Source: the human T2T-CHM13v2.0 reference genome, Homo sapiens
Length of the DNA stretch: 64,000 nt
Assembly (NCBI RefSeq): GCF_009914755.1
Contig: NC_060929.1
Direction: 5' to 3' (one strand)
The notes below the pieces were generated by a model that searched no databases, had not been told where the DNA came from, and saw only the letters and a list, made by a program, of their open reading frames with translations. The translations under genes and the position numbers were made by a program. Of this stretch, positions 31,063-43,580 are shown piece by piece (the first letter of the stretch is position 1; every line of letters starts with the position of its first letter).

Positions 31063-32105
31063 CATTAGCATGGTGAGCAGTAGCAAAGAGAAGGCTCTTA
31101 AGGAGTTTATACTTTTCTGAGACAGTGAAGGCTTCCTTACCTTGAGCCCACATTGACTCTCACCTTCAGGAGCCTGAGGAAAATCCAGGCTTAATGTTGG
31201 ATTTAATCAAAGGGTCAGTCTATTTTCAGAACTCATCTTAATGGAGTGGTCCCGGCACATGATCAGAGATGATGCTGTGGGCCTTCAGGTGGCTACTTTG
31301 CTGAGCAAGGTTTATGATCCTCAATCTGTCTGGAGGCAGGGAAGCTCCTAGCTTCTGGTCGTTTCTAAGACCATCCCAACTGGTCATTCAGTTAAGGACA
31401 TTTCAACCATAAATACTATTTGCCAAGGAACTGCATGTGTCAAGGGCTAGACTTCTCATGATAGAAAACCTACATCAATATCAAGTCCTTGGTCTGCCAC
31501 ACAGCAGGATGGAAGTGCAAAGGCAATTGGTGTGACAAATGTATTGGCTTAGTTAAAGAGAAGGCTCTAAGTTATGTATTTAGTTTCATACAAGAGAGAA
31601 TATCACTATTATTTTTAAGGCCATGATCATAGGCCACAGGGTTCTCGGGTCAATCCAGGGTGGAGAACAATCAAGTAGGTATGGGCAGTCATTACAGGCC
31701 TGTCTGGCTTAAGTTACCCCCAGCATACTTTCTCATACCAGGCCCCAAATGCCCGCTCTTCCTTGCACGTAAGTCAGCTAAAGTGGCTTATATTTTTATT
31801 TGAGATGATTACAGTCCTCCAATTGGACCTTGGGTGACACTGCCTCTGCTTCTCTCCTTGCTGACTTCAGGGCTCACTGATGGCTGCACTGATTTTATTT
31901 CTCAGTCTTAGAGACTGCCTCCTTTGATATGGCATGATGTCACTTTTCCCATCATTATGTAGGTAATAACATTTTCCTTCTCCCAGTCAAGTTGGTTTTG
32001 CACTGCGTATTCCAATTTATCTCTCCTCTCCCTTCCTAAAGAAGCGGAGTTCTTGCTTGCTGGGGATGGAGACAGGGGAAGCAGAGGGAAAGCAGAAAAG
32101 TCGCA

Positions 32106-32520
32106 TTGTGTATCAGCTTTTGTTGTAATATGTCGTGTAACAAACACCACCAGATCTCAGTATCTTACATAGCCAGACATTGATTTTTCATTCATCGGTT
32201 TGTGGTCAGCTCTGGTGACTTCATTTCAGGCTCTGGGTCAAGTTCATGTCTGTTCTATGTGTCTCTCATTTCAAGGCTACTTGGAGCTTTTTCTTTTCAT
32301 GGCAGAGAGCAGATAGAAGTGAGCATAGGAGGCCAAGTGAAACTACACAAGCACATTTAAAGTGTCTGCTTGGTTGTGGGATACATTACATCTGCTCTCA
32401 TTGTTCTGGTCAAAGAAAGTCACATGGTCAAGGCCAATATTAATGGGATGGGGAAGTATATTCTTCCCACAGAGGAATGGTCAGAAAGGAGAGAGTGTAT
32501 CAATAATACAACCTACTCTT
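32106..32520 (-). mobile_element. Old MLT1-type MaLR LTR
   Basis: 'tcagcttttgttg...gtaacaaacaccaccagatctcagt...ctggtcaaagaaagtcacatggtcaagg' resembles MLT1. Confidence 0.55.
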
Positions 32521-32653
32521 TATAGCTGTGTTTCAATACAGAGTTTTGAAAAATTTAGCAATTATCAGTCTCAGGGAGAAGTTCTGGGCCCTAAAGAATT
32601 GGGAAAGAGAAGAAATAAGATTTATGATTTGTTGTTGCTATTATAAATGGGGT

Positions 32654-34911
32654 CATATTAGTCCGTTTTCATGCTGCTGATAAAGACATACCTGAGACTG
32701 GGCAATTTACAAAAAGAAAGAGGTTTATTGGACTTACAGTTCCATGTGGCTAGGGAGACCTCACAATCATTGTGGAAGGTGAAAGGCACGTCTCACATGG
32801 TGGCAGATAAGAAAAGAGAGTTTGTGCAGGGAAATTCCCCTTTCTAAAACCATTAGATCTTGTGAGAATTGTTCATTATCATGAGAACAGCAGAGGAAAG
32901 ACCTGCCCTCATGACTAAATTACCTCCCACTGGGTCCCTCCCATAACACGTGGGAATTCAAGATGAGATTTGGCTGGAGACACAGCCAAACCGTATCATT
33001 CCACCCCTGGCACCTTCCAAATCTCGTGTTCTCACATTTCAAAACCCAATCATACCTTCCCAACAGTCCCCCAAAGTCTTAACTCATCTCAGCATTAACT
33101 CAAAAGTCCACAGTCCAAAGTCTCATCTGAAACAAGGCAAGTCCCTTCCGCCTATGAGCCAGTAAAATCAAAATCAAGTAGTTACTTCCAAGATACAATG
33201 GGGGTACAGGCATTGGGTAAATACAGCTGTTCCAGATGGGAGAAATTGGCCAAAACAAAGGGGCTACAGGCCCCATGCAAGTCTGAAATCCAGAAGGGCA
33301 GTCAAATCTTAAAGCTCCAAAATGATCTCCTTTGACTCCAGGTCTCACATCCAGGTCACAATGATGCAAGAGGTGGGTTCCCACAGTCTTGGACAGCTCT
33401 GCCTGTGCCTTTGCAAGGTACAGCCTCCCTTCTGACTGCATTCATGGGCTGGCGTTGAGTGACTGCAGCTTTCCCAGGCACACGGTGCAAGCTGTTGGTG
33501 GATCTATCATTCTGGGGTCTGGAGGATGGTGGCCCTCTTCTCACAGCTCCACTAGGCAGTGCCCCAGTGGGGAATCAGTGTGGGGGCTTGGACCCCACAT
33601 TTCCCTTCCATGCTGCTCTAGCAGAGGTTCTCCATGAGGGCTCTGCCCCCGCAGCAAACTTCTGCCTGGGCATCCAGGCATTTCCATACGTCTTCTGAAA
33701 TCTAGGTGGAGGTTCCTAAACCCCAATTCTTTGACTTCTGGGCACTCACAGACTCAACACCACATGGAAGCTGCCAAGGCTTGAGGCTTGTACCCTCTGA
33801 AGCCACGGCCCAAGTGCTACATTGGCCCCTTTCAGCCATGCCTGGAGTGGCTGGGACATGGGGCACCAAGTCCCTAGGCTGCACACAGCACAGGGACCCT
33901 GGGCCCAGCTCACAAAACCACTTTTTCCTCGTAGGCCTCCAGGCATGTGATAAGAGAGGCTGACATGAAGACCTCTGACATGACTTGGAGATGTTTTCTC
34001 CATTTTCTTGGGGATTAACATTTGGCTTCTTGTTACTTATGCAAATTTCTGTAGCTGGCTTGAATTTATACTCAGAAAATGAGATTTTCTTTTCTATTGC
34101 ATTGTCAGGCTGCAAATTTTCCAAGCTTTTATGCTCTACTTCCCTTATAAAACTGAATGCCTTCAAGTAACTCTTGAATGCTTTGATGCTTAGAAATTTC
34201 TTCTGCCAGATACCCTAAATCATCTCTCTCAAGTTCAAACTTCCACAGATCTCTAGGGCAGGGGCAAAATGCCACCAGTCTCTTTGCTAAAACATAACAA
34301 GAGTCACCTTTGCTCCAGTTCCTAACAATTTCCTCATCTCTATCTGAGACCACCTCAGCCTGGATTTCATTGCCCATATCATTATCAGCATTTTGATCAA
34401 AGCCATTCAACAAGTCTCTAGGGAGTTCCAAACTTTCCCACATTTTTCTGTCTTCTGCTGAACCCTCCAAATTGTTTTAACTGCTACCTGCTACCCGGTT
34501 CCAAAATTGCTTCCACATTTTTGGGAATGTTTTGAGCAGTGCCCCGCTCTACCGGTACCAATTTACTTTACTAGTCCGTTTTCGTGCTGCTGATAAAGAC
34601 AAAACCAAGTCTGGGTAATTTACAAAAAGATAGAGGTTTATTGGACTTACAGTTTCACATGGCTAGGGAGACTTCACAATCATGATGGAGGGTGAAAAGC
34701 ATGTCTCACATGGCAGCAGACAAAAAAGGAGAGTTTTTACGGGGAAATTCCCCTTTTCAAAACTATCAAATCTTGTGAGACTTATTCATTATCATGAGAA
34801 CAGCACAGGAAAGACCTGCCCCAGTGATTAAATTACCTCCCACTGGGTCCCTCCCATAACGCACAGGAATTCAAGATGAGATTTGGGTGACGACACAGCC
34901 AAACCATATCA
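32654..34911 (-). mobile_element. Full-length THE1A (MaLR) provirus: 3' LTR 32654-32998, internal region, 5' LTR 34567-34911
   Basis: Two ~345-bp direct LTRs, 5-bp TSD GGGGT (32649-32653, 34912-34916), AATTGGTACC after the 5' LTR, purine tract before the 3' LTR, THE1A-type 'gtgagacgtgcctttcaccttcc'. Confidence 0.93.
33100..34470 (-). pseudogene. Broken MaLR internal ORF remnants
   Basis: MWESLELPRDLLNGFDQNAD...CPCPRDLW.FELERDDLGYLAEEISK is typical THE1-int translation; split over several frames. Confidence 0.8.
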
Positions 34912-35991
34912 GGGGTCTTTCAGAAATGCAAGTAAATTATTTGAGTTACTTTTAAAGTTATTTTTGTTTTCTGGACTTTCTTTTCCTGAATGTAATATTA
35001 CTCTAAAGTTGGACTACATAGATCCCTTGGCTTTTATTGCTTATACACATACTGATTAAAATTTGGTGCTAGACCTGTGAAGAGTTTGAAGTAAGTTATT
35101 ACTGTTACTCATTTGTTTGCAAATGTTCTCATTCATCTGGTAAGCCTATGTTGTTTGCTATCATGACTATTTACTCCTTGGAAAAGGGTATGTGATCTTT
35201 ATTGGCATATCAGTTTGGATGTCTCTATGGAGTTCTGCACAGCAGACCATTGGCAAGATTCTGATTTATCATAAGCTTTATTTATCACACAAGAAATGCA
35301 CAACTCTGTGGACATATTGGATACATGTGCTATCTGAGTTTCTTTTAAAATCAATGCTGTGTGACAGTTTTTCCCAAAAATGATTAACCAACTTGAATCA
35401 AGAATTCCCCAATTATATTTAATTTCAAATATTCAAAATATCAAATATTACCTTTCGGTATATTTTTCAATTTGAAAGTTACCTTGTACTGATGAAGAAC
35501 TGGTTAACATTGCCTACAAATGGATTTCTGCTACACTAAGTGTGAATAACAGCTGACTCTGAGTTGGGCTAATTGTGAACTAATTCAAATTGCTGTGTCA
35601 CTGTGGGTGATGAGGGGAGGTGAAACTTGTCTTTTTCCTTCTCAGCAAATTATTTTTATAAGAATAGTGATACTTTGGATATGATGTTTATTTCCCATGA
35701 AGAACCCACATTACTTGATAAGTAGATTTGTTTTTTCCATCAAACAGTCTCTGTTTCAAATTAAAACAGCTTCTTTATTCTTTTATAGTTATTTAGTAAA
35801 ATGATGGAGTGTAAATAAATTTTCGTGAGTCAGTTGGATCTAATAATCAAAGTAGTAGGTTTTGGACTCATAAAGACCTGGGTTCCTTCCCAAATCTACT
35901 CCTTTGATATGACATATTTTTGGTAAATTTACTTCATCTCTCTGTGCTCAGTTTCTTCCTCTGCAAAATGTGGTTAATAATAGTAACTAAT

Positions 35992-36280
35992 GCTAGGTGT
36001 GGTGGCTCACACCTGTAATCCCAGCTCTTTGGGTGGCCTAGGCAGGAGGATCGCTTTAGCCCAGGAGTTAGAGACCAGATGGACAACCTAGTGAGACCTT
36101 ATCTCTACAAAAATTTAAAAAAACTTAGCTGGGCATGGCAGTATGTGCCTGTAGTCCTAGCTGCTCCAGAGGTTGAGGAGTGGGTATTGTTTGAGCGCAG
36201 GGGTTCAAGGCTGTAGTGAGCTATGATTGTACCACTGCACTTTAGCCTGGGCCACAGAGTGAGACTAAAAGAAAAAAAAA
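35992..36280 (+). mobile_element. AluJ inserted into a MIR (MIR about 35840-36400)
   Basis: Diverged Alu ('gttcaaggctgtagtgagctatgatt'); MIR core continues on both sides; degenerate TSD taacta(a/t)t. Confidence 0.88.
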
Positions 36281-38174
36281 TTAACTATTCAGCAAGGTTT
36301 GTTGTGTGGACTAAGCGAGGTTATTGCAAATTGCTTAGCATAATGTTTTGCTCACAGTAAATAATAAATATTAGCTATTAATATTATTTGTAACAGTGTT
36401 ATTAGTGTAATGGATAATGAATGGGTATGTGAACATGAGAGACAAACATATAAATCATTTGGGGTAAAATTGGCCTGGGGTTTTAAATATTCCTTTTTCT
36501 TTGTAAGAAAAAGAAGAATTTTTTTTGAAAAATCAACACTGAGAAATGCCAATTGTACTTTGTTAACTGACCATTCTATGTCAAATAATTTTTTTGGTAG
36601 TACAAAATTTTAACTTTTTTCTTTTTTAATCTTTGTTGAAGTTATCTGGAAACTCTATCTGGGACTTTTGAACATATGGGAATTGCAAAAACTCTTTGTG
36701 CTTATTCATGTTTTATCTATTCACTTTTATTCTGCACTCATCCCTATTATTGAAATCAGTGGTCCTCAGCCCTGAATGTCCTTTATTTTAATGTTTTTAT
36801 TTTATTGTAAATTGACAATTTATAATTGAATATGGATGTACTGTAGAATCACCTGAGAAGCTTTTGAAAATTCTGATGCCTGAGCCCCTTTTCTGAATAT
36901 TCTCATTTATTTGGTTTTATGTTGTTGAGAATCTCTGGACTAGATCTCATTTTTGGAATCTCTTAACCACTTTCTTCTCTCTTTTCTTCACTATATGACC
37001 AAAGTCTCATCTTCTTTACAAAGCCATCCTTTTCAGCTAGGAGGACCAAGGTTACACTGCAATTCCAACTCCCAAATCTCAGTGGATGTAAAAGAACAAA
37101 TAGCAATGCATGTGCATCCCACAGGAGTGGAGGGGTTCTACTCCCTGACACCTTCACTCCATATGTCACTGTTACATTTGCTTAAGGTATTTGGGTCAGA
37201 ACTGGCCACCTGGCCACACCCAACTTCAAGGAGAGAGAATATGCCAGCCTATCATGTTCCCAGAAGGACAAACCAAAACATCTGTGAGCTACCACATTTG
37301 ATGACACCTTGCCACACTTTGCTCTCCTCTTCTGAATTCCTGCTGCACTCATCTATACCATATCAAGATCGATCACTTCATTGTGTGCGATTTTGAACTT
37401 TAGATCTATTTTGAATTTTCCAAGGACAAGACCTTGGAAATCATGTGGTCTAACTTCCTAGCTGACTTTGGTCCTTAAAACAAAGAAGGATTCCAATTTC
37501 TTATTTTTAAACAAAATCATTAAAACAACAAATGTTGTCAACTCATTTTTTTTTTCTCAGTGAAAGACAAAACAAACTCAAAGTTAGAATGGAGAGCTAC
37601 TGGGAAGAAATGCATTTCTGCATCTAGCTGCTTCAGAGTGCATTCCTTATTTAGATGGGGCCTCATGTGTCACAGTACATTTCTGAAATGGTTACCTGTT
37701 TCCATTTGGTCTTGTGCCTACTCGTACTTTAGTGACATTAATGGCTACTAAGGAAGTAAGACTTTTGGAGAAAATGATATTCTAGTCATTCCAAAGTTGT
37801 ATTGAATACATTTTTTTTTGCCATGAAATAGCCTTAGGAGATCTGCTGGCTAATAAACCAGACTTGATAATCGCTTCATGTGTATGGCAGAAATTATGCT
37901 TATTCCCCAGTGAAATAAGATTTCTCAAGTCCTGGTAGAGGCAGATGAATTTATCATTCTGAAACAGCAGGGTGGGTCATAGCCTGGGTGGCAAGCTTTG
38001 TAAATATTAATGGAGATTCCAAATTCCACTGTGTCTGCAGTAATTTAGAAGCAGTGTTAGCAGCGAAGGGTCAAGGGCAAAACAACAACAACAAAAAATG
38101 ATGTGGGTGGGACTTGGATCTCTTTACTGTAAGAAAAATTCTTCTTTTTTGGAAAATTCTTTTTGTCTCTTCAG

Positions 38175-38243
38175 TGTCTGTGGCCATCTGAAAACGTCCA
38201 CATGATGCCAGACCATGCTTTACTCTGAAAATCCACCGATAAG
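38175..38243 (+). other. Candidate non-coding (UTR or lncRNA) exon
   Basis: Strong acceptor ttctttttgtctcttcag|; weak donor AAG|GTTATT; stops in all frames. Confidence 0.3.
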
Positions 38244-39189
38244 GTTATTTGACCTCTTTCTCTCTAATTTCACAGTGTCAGTCTTTGAGCTGAATAATTT
38301 CAAACAGATTTGACTCCCAAGAGACCTTTTTCTTTGTGGAGCAAACCACGAAGAAACACTTGAATAGTGGGTGAAATGACGAATACTCTAAACCTCACAA
38401 ACTATTAGGAATCAATTTCTCAAACATCATACCTAATTATTCTCCCTCCCCCATTTCAATTCAGGAATCTCAAGGTTAAGGAAAAGCAGCTGAAAAAACA
38501 GTATTCTTGGTTGGGTTCATGTACTGCCCATTTTTCGTTTTTTTATAACTGTAGGATAGAAAGGAGAGAAACTTCTAAAATCTGCCCCTTTAATTGCCAA
38601 AAAAGAACACTCAGAGAAAGAAAAGTTTGTGCTATTATGCAGAGATGATAGTGTTGGCAAGAATCATAGAGACGCCTCTTGTTTAGTGGTTCTCAAAATG
38701 TGGTCCTCATGGGGACACCAGGGGTTTTCTGAGTTGGGAGGGACGGAAGAAGGAAGGGCAGGTGATTCAGCTGCTGTGGTGGCCCCATGGCCAGGAGGGA
38801 GAAGTGGATTCCACAGAGGCTTCAGTAGAAGGCAGAGAACTTGCAGGTGATGCAAAGATGTGTTTGTGAATAATCACACCGGGTATGTCAGTGCTGTCCT
38901 AGTATTTGTGCCTGTGGAGGTGCAGAAGCAGCAGATGACAGTGAATGGAGGGCACTTGGAATTAGAAGGCAGGAATAGGTAGTTTCAGTGCTCAGCGGGG
39001 TGGGTAGTCTTTGGGCCATTTCAACAGGTCCAAGATGTGTAGAACAAATAGTTTAAGAATTATGCATCAGTCTAGGCCTTGTTCTGTGTGTAAAGTTATT
39101 CAAGACAGTCATCTGAGATAATTTGAAGACCAAGAATAGGTGCCACATCCACACTTTGTAGGAAGTTTAATGGTTGAGCTCCTTTAGAG

Positions 39190-39269
39190 TCAAAATTCAT
39201 ATATAATATGTCATATCTATCATGTAATTTCAAAATTCGTATATAATATGTCATATGTATCATGTAATT
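39190..39269. repeat. Tandem duplication, 2 x 40 bp
   Basis: tcaaaattc(a/g)tatataatatgtcatat(c/g)tatcatgtaatt twice, two mismatches. Confidence 0.95.
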
Positions 39270-42200
39270 CCTGCTGAAGTGTAAGACTCCATTTCTTTTG
39301 TTAGGTACGTTGAAGATGGAGAACAACTGATGTCAAGACACATTTTGGTTGTAAGGGACAGAAGTCCAACTCCAACGAGCTTGCCAAGGATGGAACCTGC
39401 TGGCAAACATAACCAAACTTTGGGAAGGGCAGGGTATGGTTAACCTCAGGTTTCTGGAAGCAGAGTGTACAGTGCTGTGCCGTCCCTCTTCTCTCTGCTT
39501 CTCTCTGCATATTGGCCCTATCCTCTCAGTGGGGCACCCTCCCTGAGCAGCGAACAGCAGCCACAGGAAGCTCCAGTGTCAATGCCTCCCACAGCTTTCC
39601 AGAGAAGCAGCAGCCTCTTTGTTAGCTCCGTATCAAAGACATCCACAGGCAGGGCTTTGTGTGACCCAGTTTGGGTCACGTCTTTATTTGGGGCCCGGAG
39701 GAAATGGATACAATGACTACAGCCCATCATAGAACCTCATGTTTAGAGGACCAAATTTCCTCTCTCCAAAAGTGAAATGTTGTCACTGTCCATTCAACTG
39801 ATGAAAATCTTCCTTTTCAACAGAAAAACTATCATGATGTTGTCTGTTGGGCTTCAGTTTCTTACAGCAGTCATCTTAAGAATTAAACTGGTATGGATAA
39901 TCTGACTATGAACTCCTTGAGGGCAGGGACCATATTATATAATACTTCTGTGTCCTCTGCTATTTCTTAGCAGAATTTTGAAAATGTGCCAAGTGTTGAC
40001 TTGGTTCGATCACTTGTGAGAATGGAGGGACCCATAATGTTAATAATCAATGAAGGTTGTTGGAGTTACTTACCCAAAACCTTATGAACTTAGCCTTCCC
40101 TAGCAGATTGAGTTTCCTAATTTGTCCGGTATAAGCAAACACTAAAGAGGGATTGGGGAAAGTTGTGAGTTGAGTAGTTGGGAAAAAGGTAGTTTGCAGT
40201 TTTATTTACGTCTCACAGCTTGACATTTTTTGTTTGCCTTGGAGGGGGTACTTTTAAAAATTCCTCTTTTGAAAACAATAAAATCTTAGATTTTGGATAA
40301 CAGATATTTCTGTACTATATACCTCACTTAAGATTTTCAAAGTAATGTTTAAAAGTGCCTTTTATATTTTTTCATACCACATTGTAGGGAAGGCCAGGGT
40401 CATTTTTTAACACTTAACTATGCTCAATACCTCCTCACCACTATAAAGTAAGGTCGAATGTTGGTTAAAGCAAAGCTGTCTGGAATCACCCTGTCAAAAG
40501 TACTGATTTATAACCTTGCTACTCACATTTCTTACTGTGGTGCCCTCCCTCTTGTTGGCTCCTGCATCTTTGAAGTACAGGGAAAATGAACTAATATGGC
40601 AGCTCCAATATGCAGCTAATCCTGCCAATGATGTCTCCCCTGGAAGTGTTTGAGAGAAGAATTTCTTTTCCCAGTATGGATTTATGTAAACATTTGTTCC
40701 ATTCACGAGTAGCACATTAATGCCTAATTCTGGAAAAAATACAAAGAAAAAACCTTTTCTGCCTGTCTAGACAGAGTCTTGTTAGTGTACGTCTGATCAT
40801 ATGGGTACTCATGCCGGTAATATTAATTGGTGGGAAATGAGCCAAGGAAAGACAACCCTATCTACCAATTAAATTTACTGAGCTTACAGGGTGGTTTATA
40901 AAGTCAACATGCTGGGCAAAGCTTACATCTGACCAGGGAAATTGTTGTTTTCTGATCCCCAGTTGGCCGTCAGCCACCTCAAACACGAGACAGATGTTGG
41001 CTTTACTAGGGTCAGGGTTATCACAGGGTGGGATGAATAGTCTTTGGCTCTGGGGTTTGCTACTTTTCCTTTGCTGATGAATAAGAGCAAATAAAATTAT
41101 TTCTGAATGCCTTGGGGGTGGGGTGGGGGTTAGTGTTCTAAAGCTGGATAGGGCCACCGCATACCAACATCCCAGGGACAAACTTCCCGTGTCTCAGACG
41201 TTCTTAGTTTAGTTTGTTTGATCTGAGGTCCACTGATTCCGTTATCTCAAAGGGCAAGGGTTAATGCCTTCTCATAAAGATAACAATGATAAACACAAAC
41301 AAGGTATTCACTTTGATATATTGGTTTCTTATCCAGGGATCAAGGCAAAAATGTGGGAGAACTGAAAACACAGAGTTTGAAGTAGCATCAAAGTAATTTG
41401 CCAGTTTTTGAAGTAGGAAGTTTTTTATTAATGTTTTTTTTCCAGTGGAATTGAGGTATATAGTAGCGTGAACTAAATGAAGGCTGTGACATTGGGAGGT
41501 GTATTTTGTGTTTGCTGTGTCAAGTGTGTGTGGACTGCACATGGGATTCCTATCCACTTGTGTTTGTCCTTGGGATTGGTTTAGTTTCCACTAGGTGCTA
41601 AGGAAACTAGCCATGCACCGTCAGCTCCCCCAGGATGAGAGCCACACCCGAGAGAACCCTGTCTGTGGGAAGGTAGTTCTTGCGGGGTTGGGGGGCAGCG
41701 GGAGGGGTCCCAAGTGCTGGGACTTCGGGATCCATGTTGGGGACTGTCAAGAAATGTCATCTGACACTGGGCAGTGTGGGGAGAAGCAGGAGGCTGTGAA
41801 TTAGTAAAACTTTGGATGCACTTCTGGGAGAGGAAAATACACATGCACCCTTTCACAAGGCTGAAAATACATAGCTACATCGGTATAATTTATTCTGGGA
41901 ATTGCCTATTAAATTGTATTCCAGACACCAGGTTATATTTGGTGGTCTACTAGAAAATAGTATACTGCTTATCTATTTAAGGCTAAAAAATCTCCCAGAT
42001 TGCCTTTTAAGCCTACAATTGCCTATGAAAATAAACAGATATCTCCCTCCTTGCTTGAACTGCCTTTCCCATCTGCTCATTCTGGAATGCTCTTATAAAA
42101 GTTATCTGCCTCTCTGACCACAATAATATTTCAGATTCTTTCCTTGGTCAATGGCGGCCCCTCTTGTCACCTCATCCACGTTGTGCTCCAGACTTTGCCT

Positions 42201-42574
42201 CTCTTTGGCTTCATTTGGGGCTTCTGGGGCCAGGACTCATTCCCCGCCCCGCCAACCCTCTCCTTGCACCCTGAGTGTGTGGTCACCCCTGGGCCAGGCC
42301 TCCTTTTCCCTGAAATCCCTCCTTCGTCTCCCTGGAGACATCCTCGATGTCCCTGTTGTCTGTCACGCTGTGCACCGATTCCCTTCTTTTGGGTGCCCCC
42401 TTTGCTCCCACACACCCAGTGCTCAATAAATTGAGGGCTCCCAACCCCTGACCTTTTCCAGCTGGAGCCTTTCCACCTGGCCTGCGCTGTGTAATTGTGC
42501 TTGCGTGCCCACCAGGCACTCTCTTATTATCTCCTCCATTTATCAGGCATGATGTTTTGGGATCATTTTTGCCT

Positions 42575-42575
<1 letters not shown>

Positions 42576-42610
<35 letters not shown>
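42576..42610. repeat. Poly-T run (~35 nt)
   Basis: Seen directly. Confidence 0.95.
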
Positions 42611-42613
<3 letters not shown>

Positions 42614-43349
42614 TCTTCTCAGCCTACCTGAATATGACTTTGGCATTGCCATTGATGAAATGCAGTGTGTGCTGGATGTGAGGATCCAACTCAATGCAGG
42701 GCCATTCCCTCTTTGTGGACAAGGCCATGTTTTTGCAGTGAAGGGCTTGAGGACGTGGGTTATGCTCTGGTGAAGCTATCGGGGAAGTCATCAATTCAGG
42801 CCAAGCTCCGCCCTCCATGTGCTCCTTCAGGAAGTGATTAAAACACTAGAACTGACAGTAAAATGAGTCATTAGGTTCACAGAAAAGTTAGGCAGCAGCG
42901 ATGTAGTTATGGAACCGCAGGTCATAGCTTTTTCTCATTTTTCTTTTATTTTGTGGCATCGTTGCTGTTTTGTGGAAAATTTTCTTTCTCGAAGTTGTCC
43001 AGCTGTGAGTCAGTTTCTTTGCCTGAGAACATTGTCTGCGGCAGCAGCAGAGCTATATTTTTCCTTCAGCCTCTATCACTTTTTTTATCCCCGCAAAGGA
43101 AAAAGTTAGCTACATTATCTGACTTGTGGATTTGATTTTGGGTTTGTAATTGGCTGATGAAAGCTCTCCTGACTGGCAGTGGGAGGGAAAATAGGAGAGG
43201 AGAAGAGGATTTCCATTGGGAAGCAGTGGTCCCTACTGCCCAGAGGGGCCGTAGGTAGTGGTTGCCCTCAGTTTTGCTGGGGCAGTAGTTGAGTTGAACA
43301 TGCACAGTCCCTGGGTTTTCTCCCCCTGGACTGCCCTATCCTTTAAGAA

Positions 43350-43580
43350 GTAATGGACTGAGTGTTGACTCTGTGCTGAGTACTGTTATGTGCTTTATGT
43401 ATTCTTTCTGTCCTTCCAACAACCCTGTGAGGTAAGAATGAGTGCCCCTATTTGAAAGCTTTCTTACGGAAAACTAAGGTTTAGAGAGGTGAAGTGGTTT
43501 GCTCAAGATCACACAGCAAATTAGCAGGAGACCTGCGTGACATACTCTAGTTCTGTCCAGCATCAAAGTCATAGTGCTCC
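43350..43580 (-). mobile_element. MIR SINE
   Basis: 'caacaaccctgtgaggtaag...gaaaactaaggtttagagaggtgaagtggtttgctcaagatcacacagc'. Confidence 0.8.
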
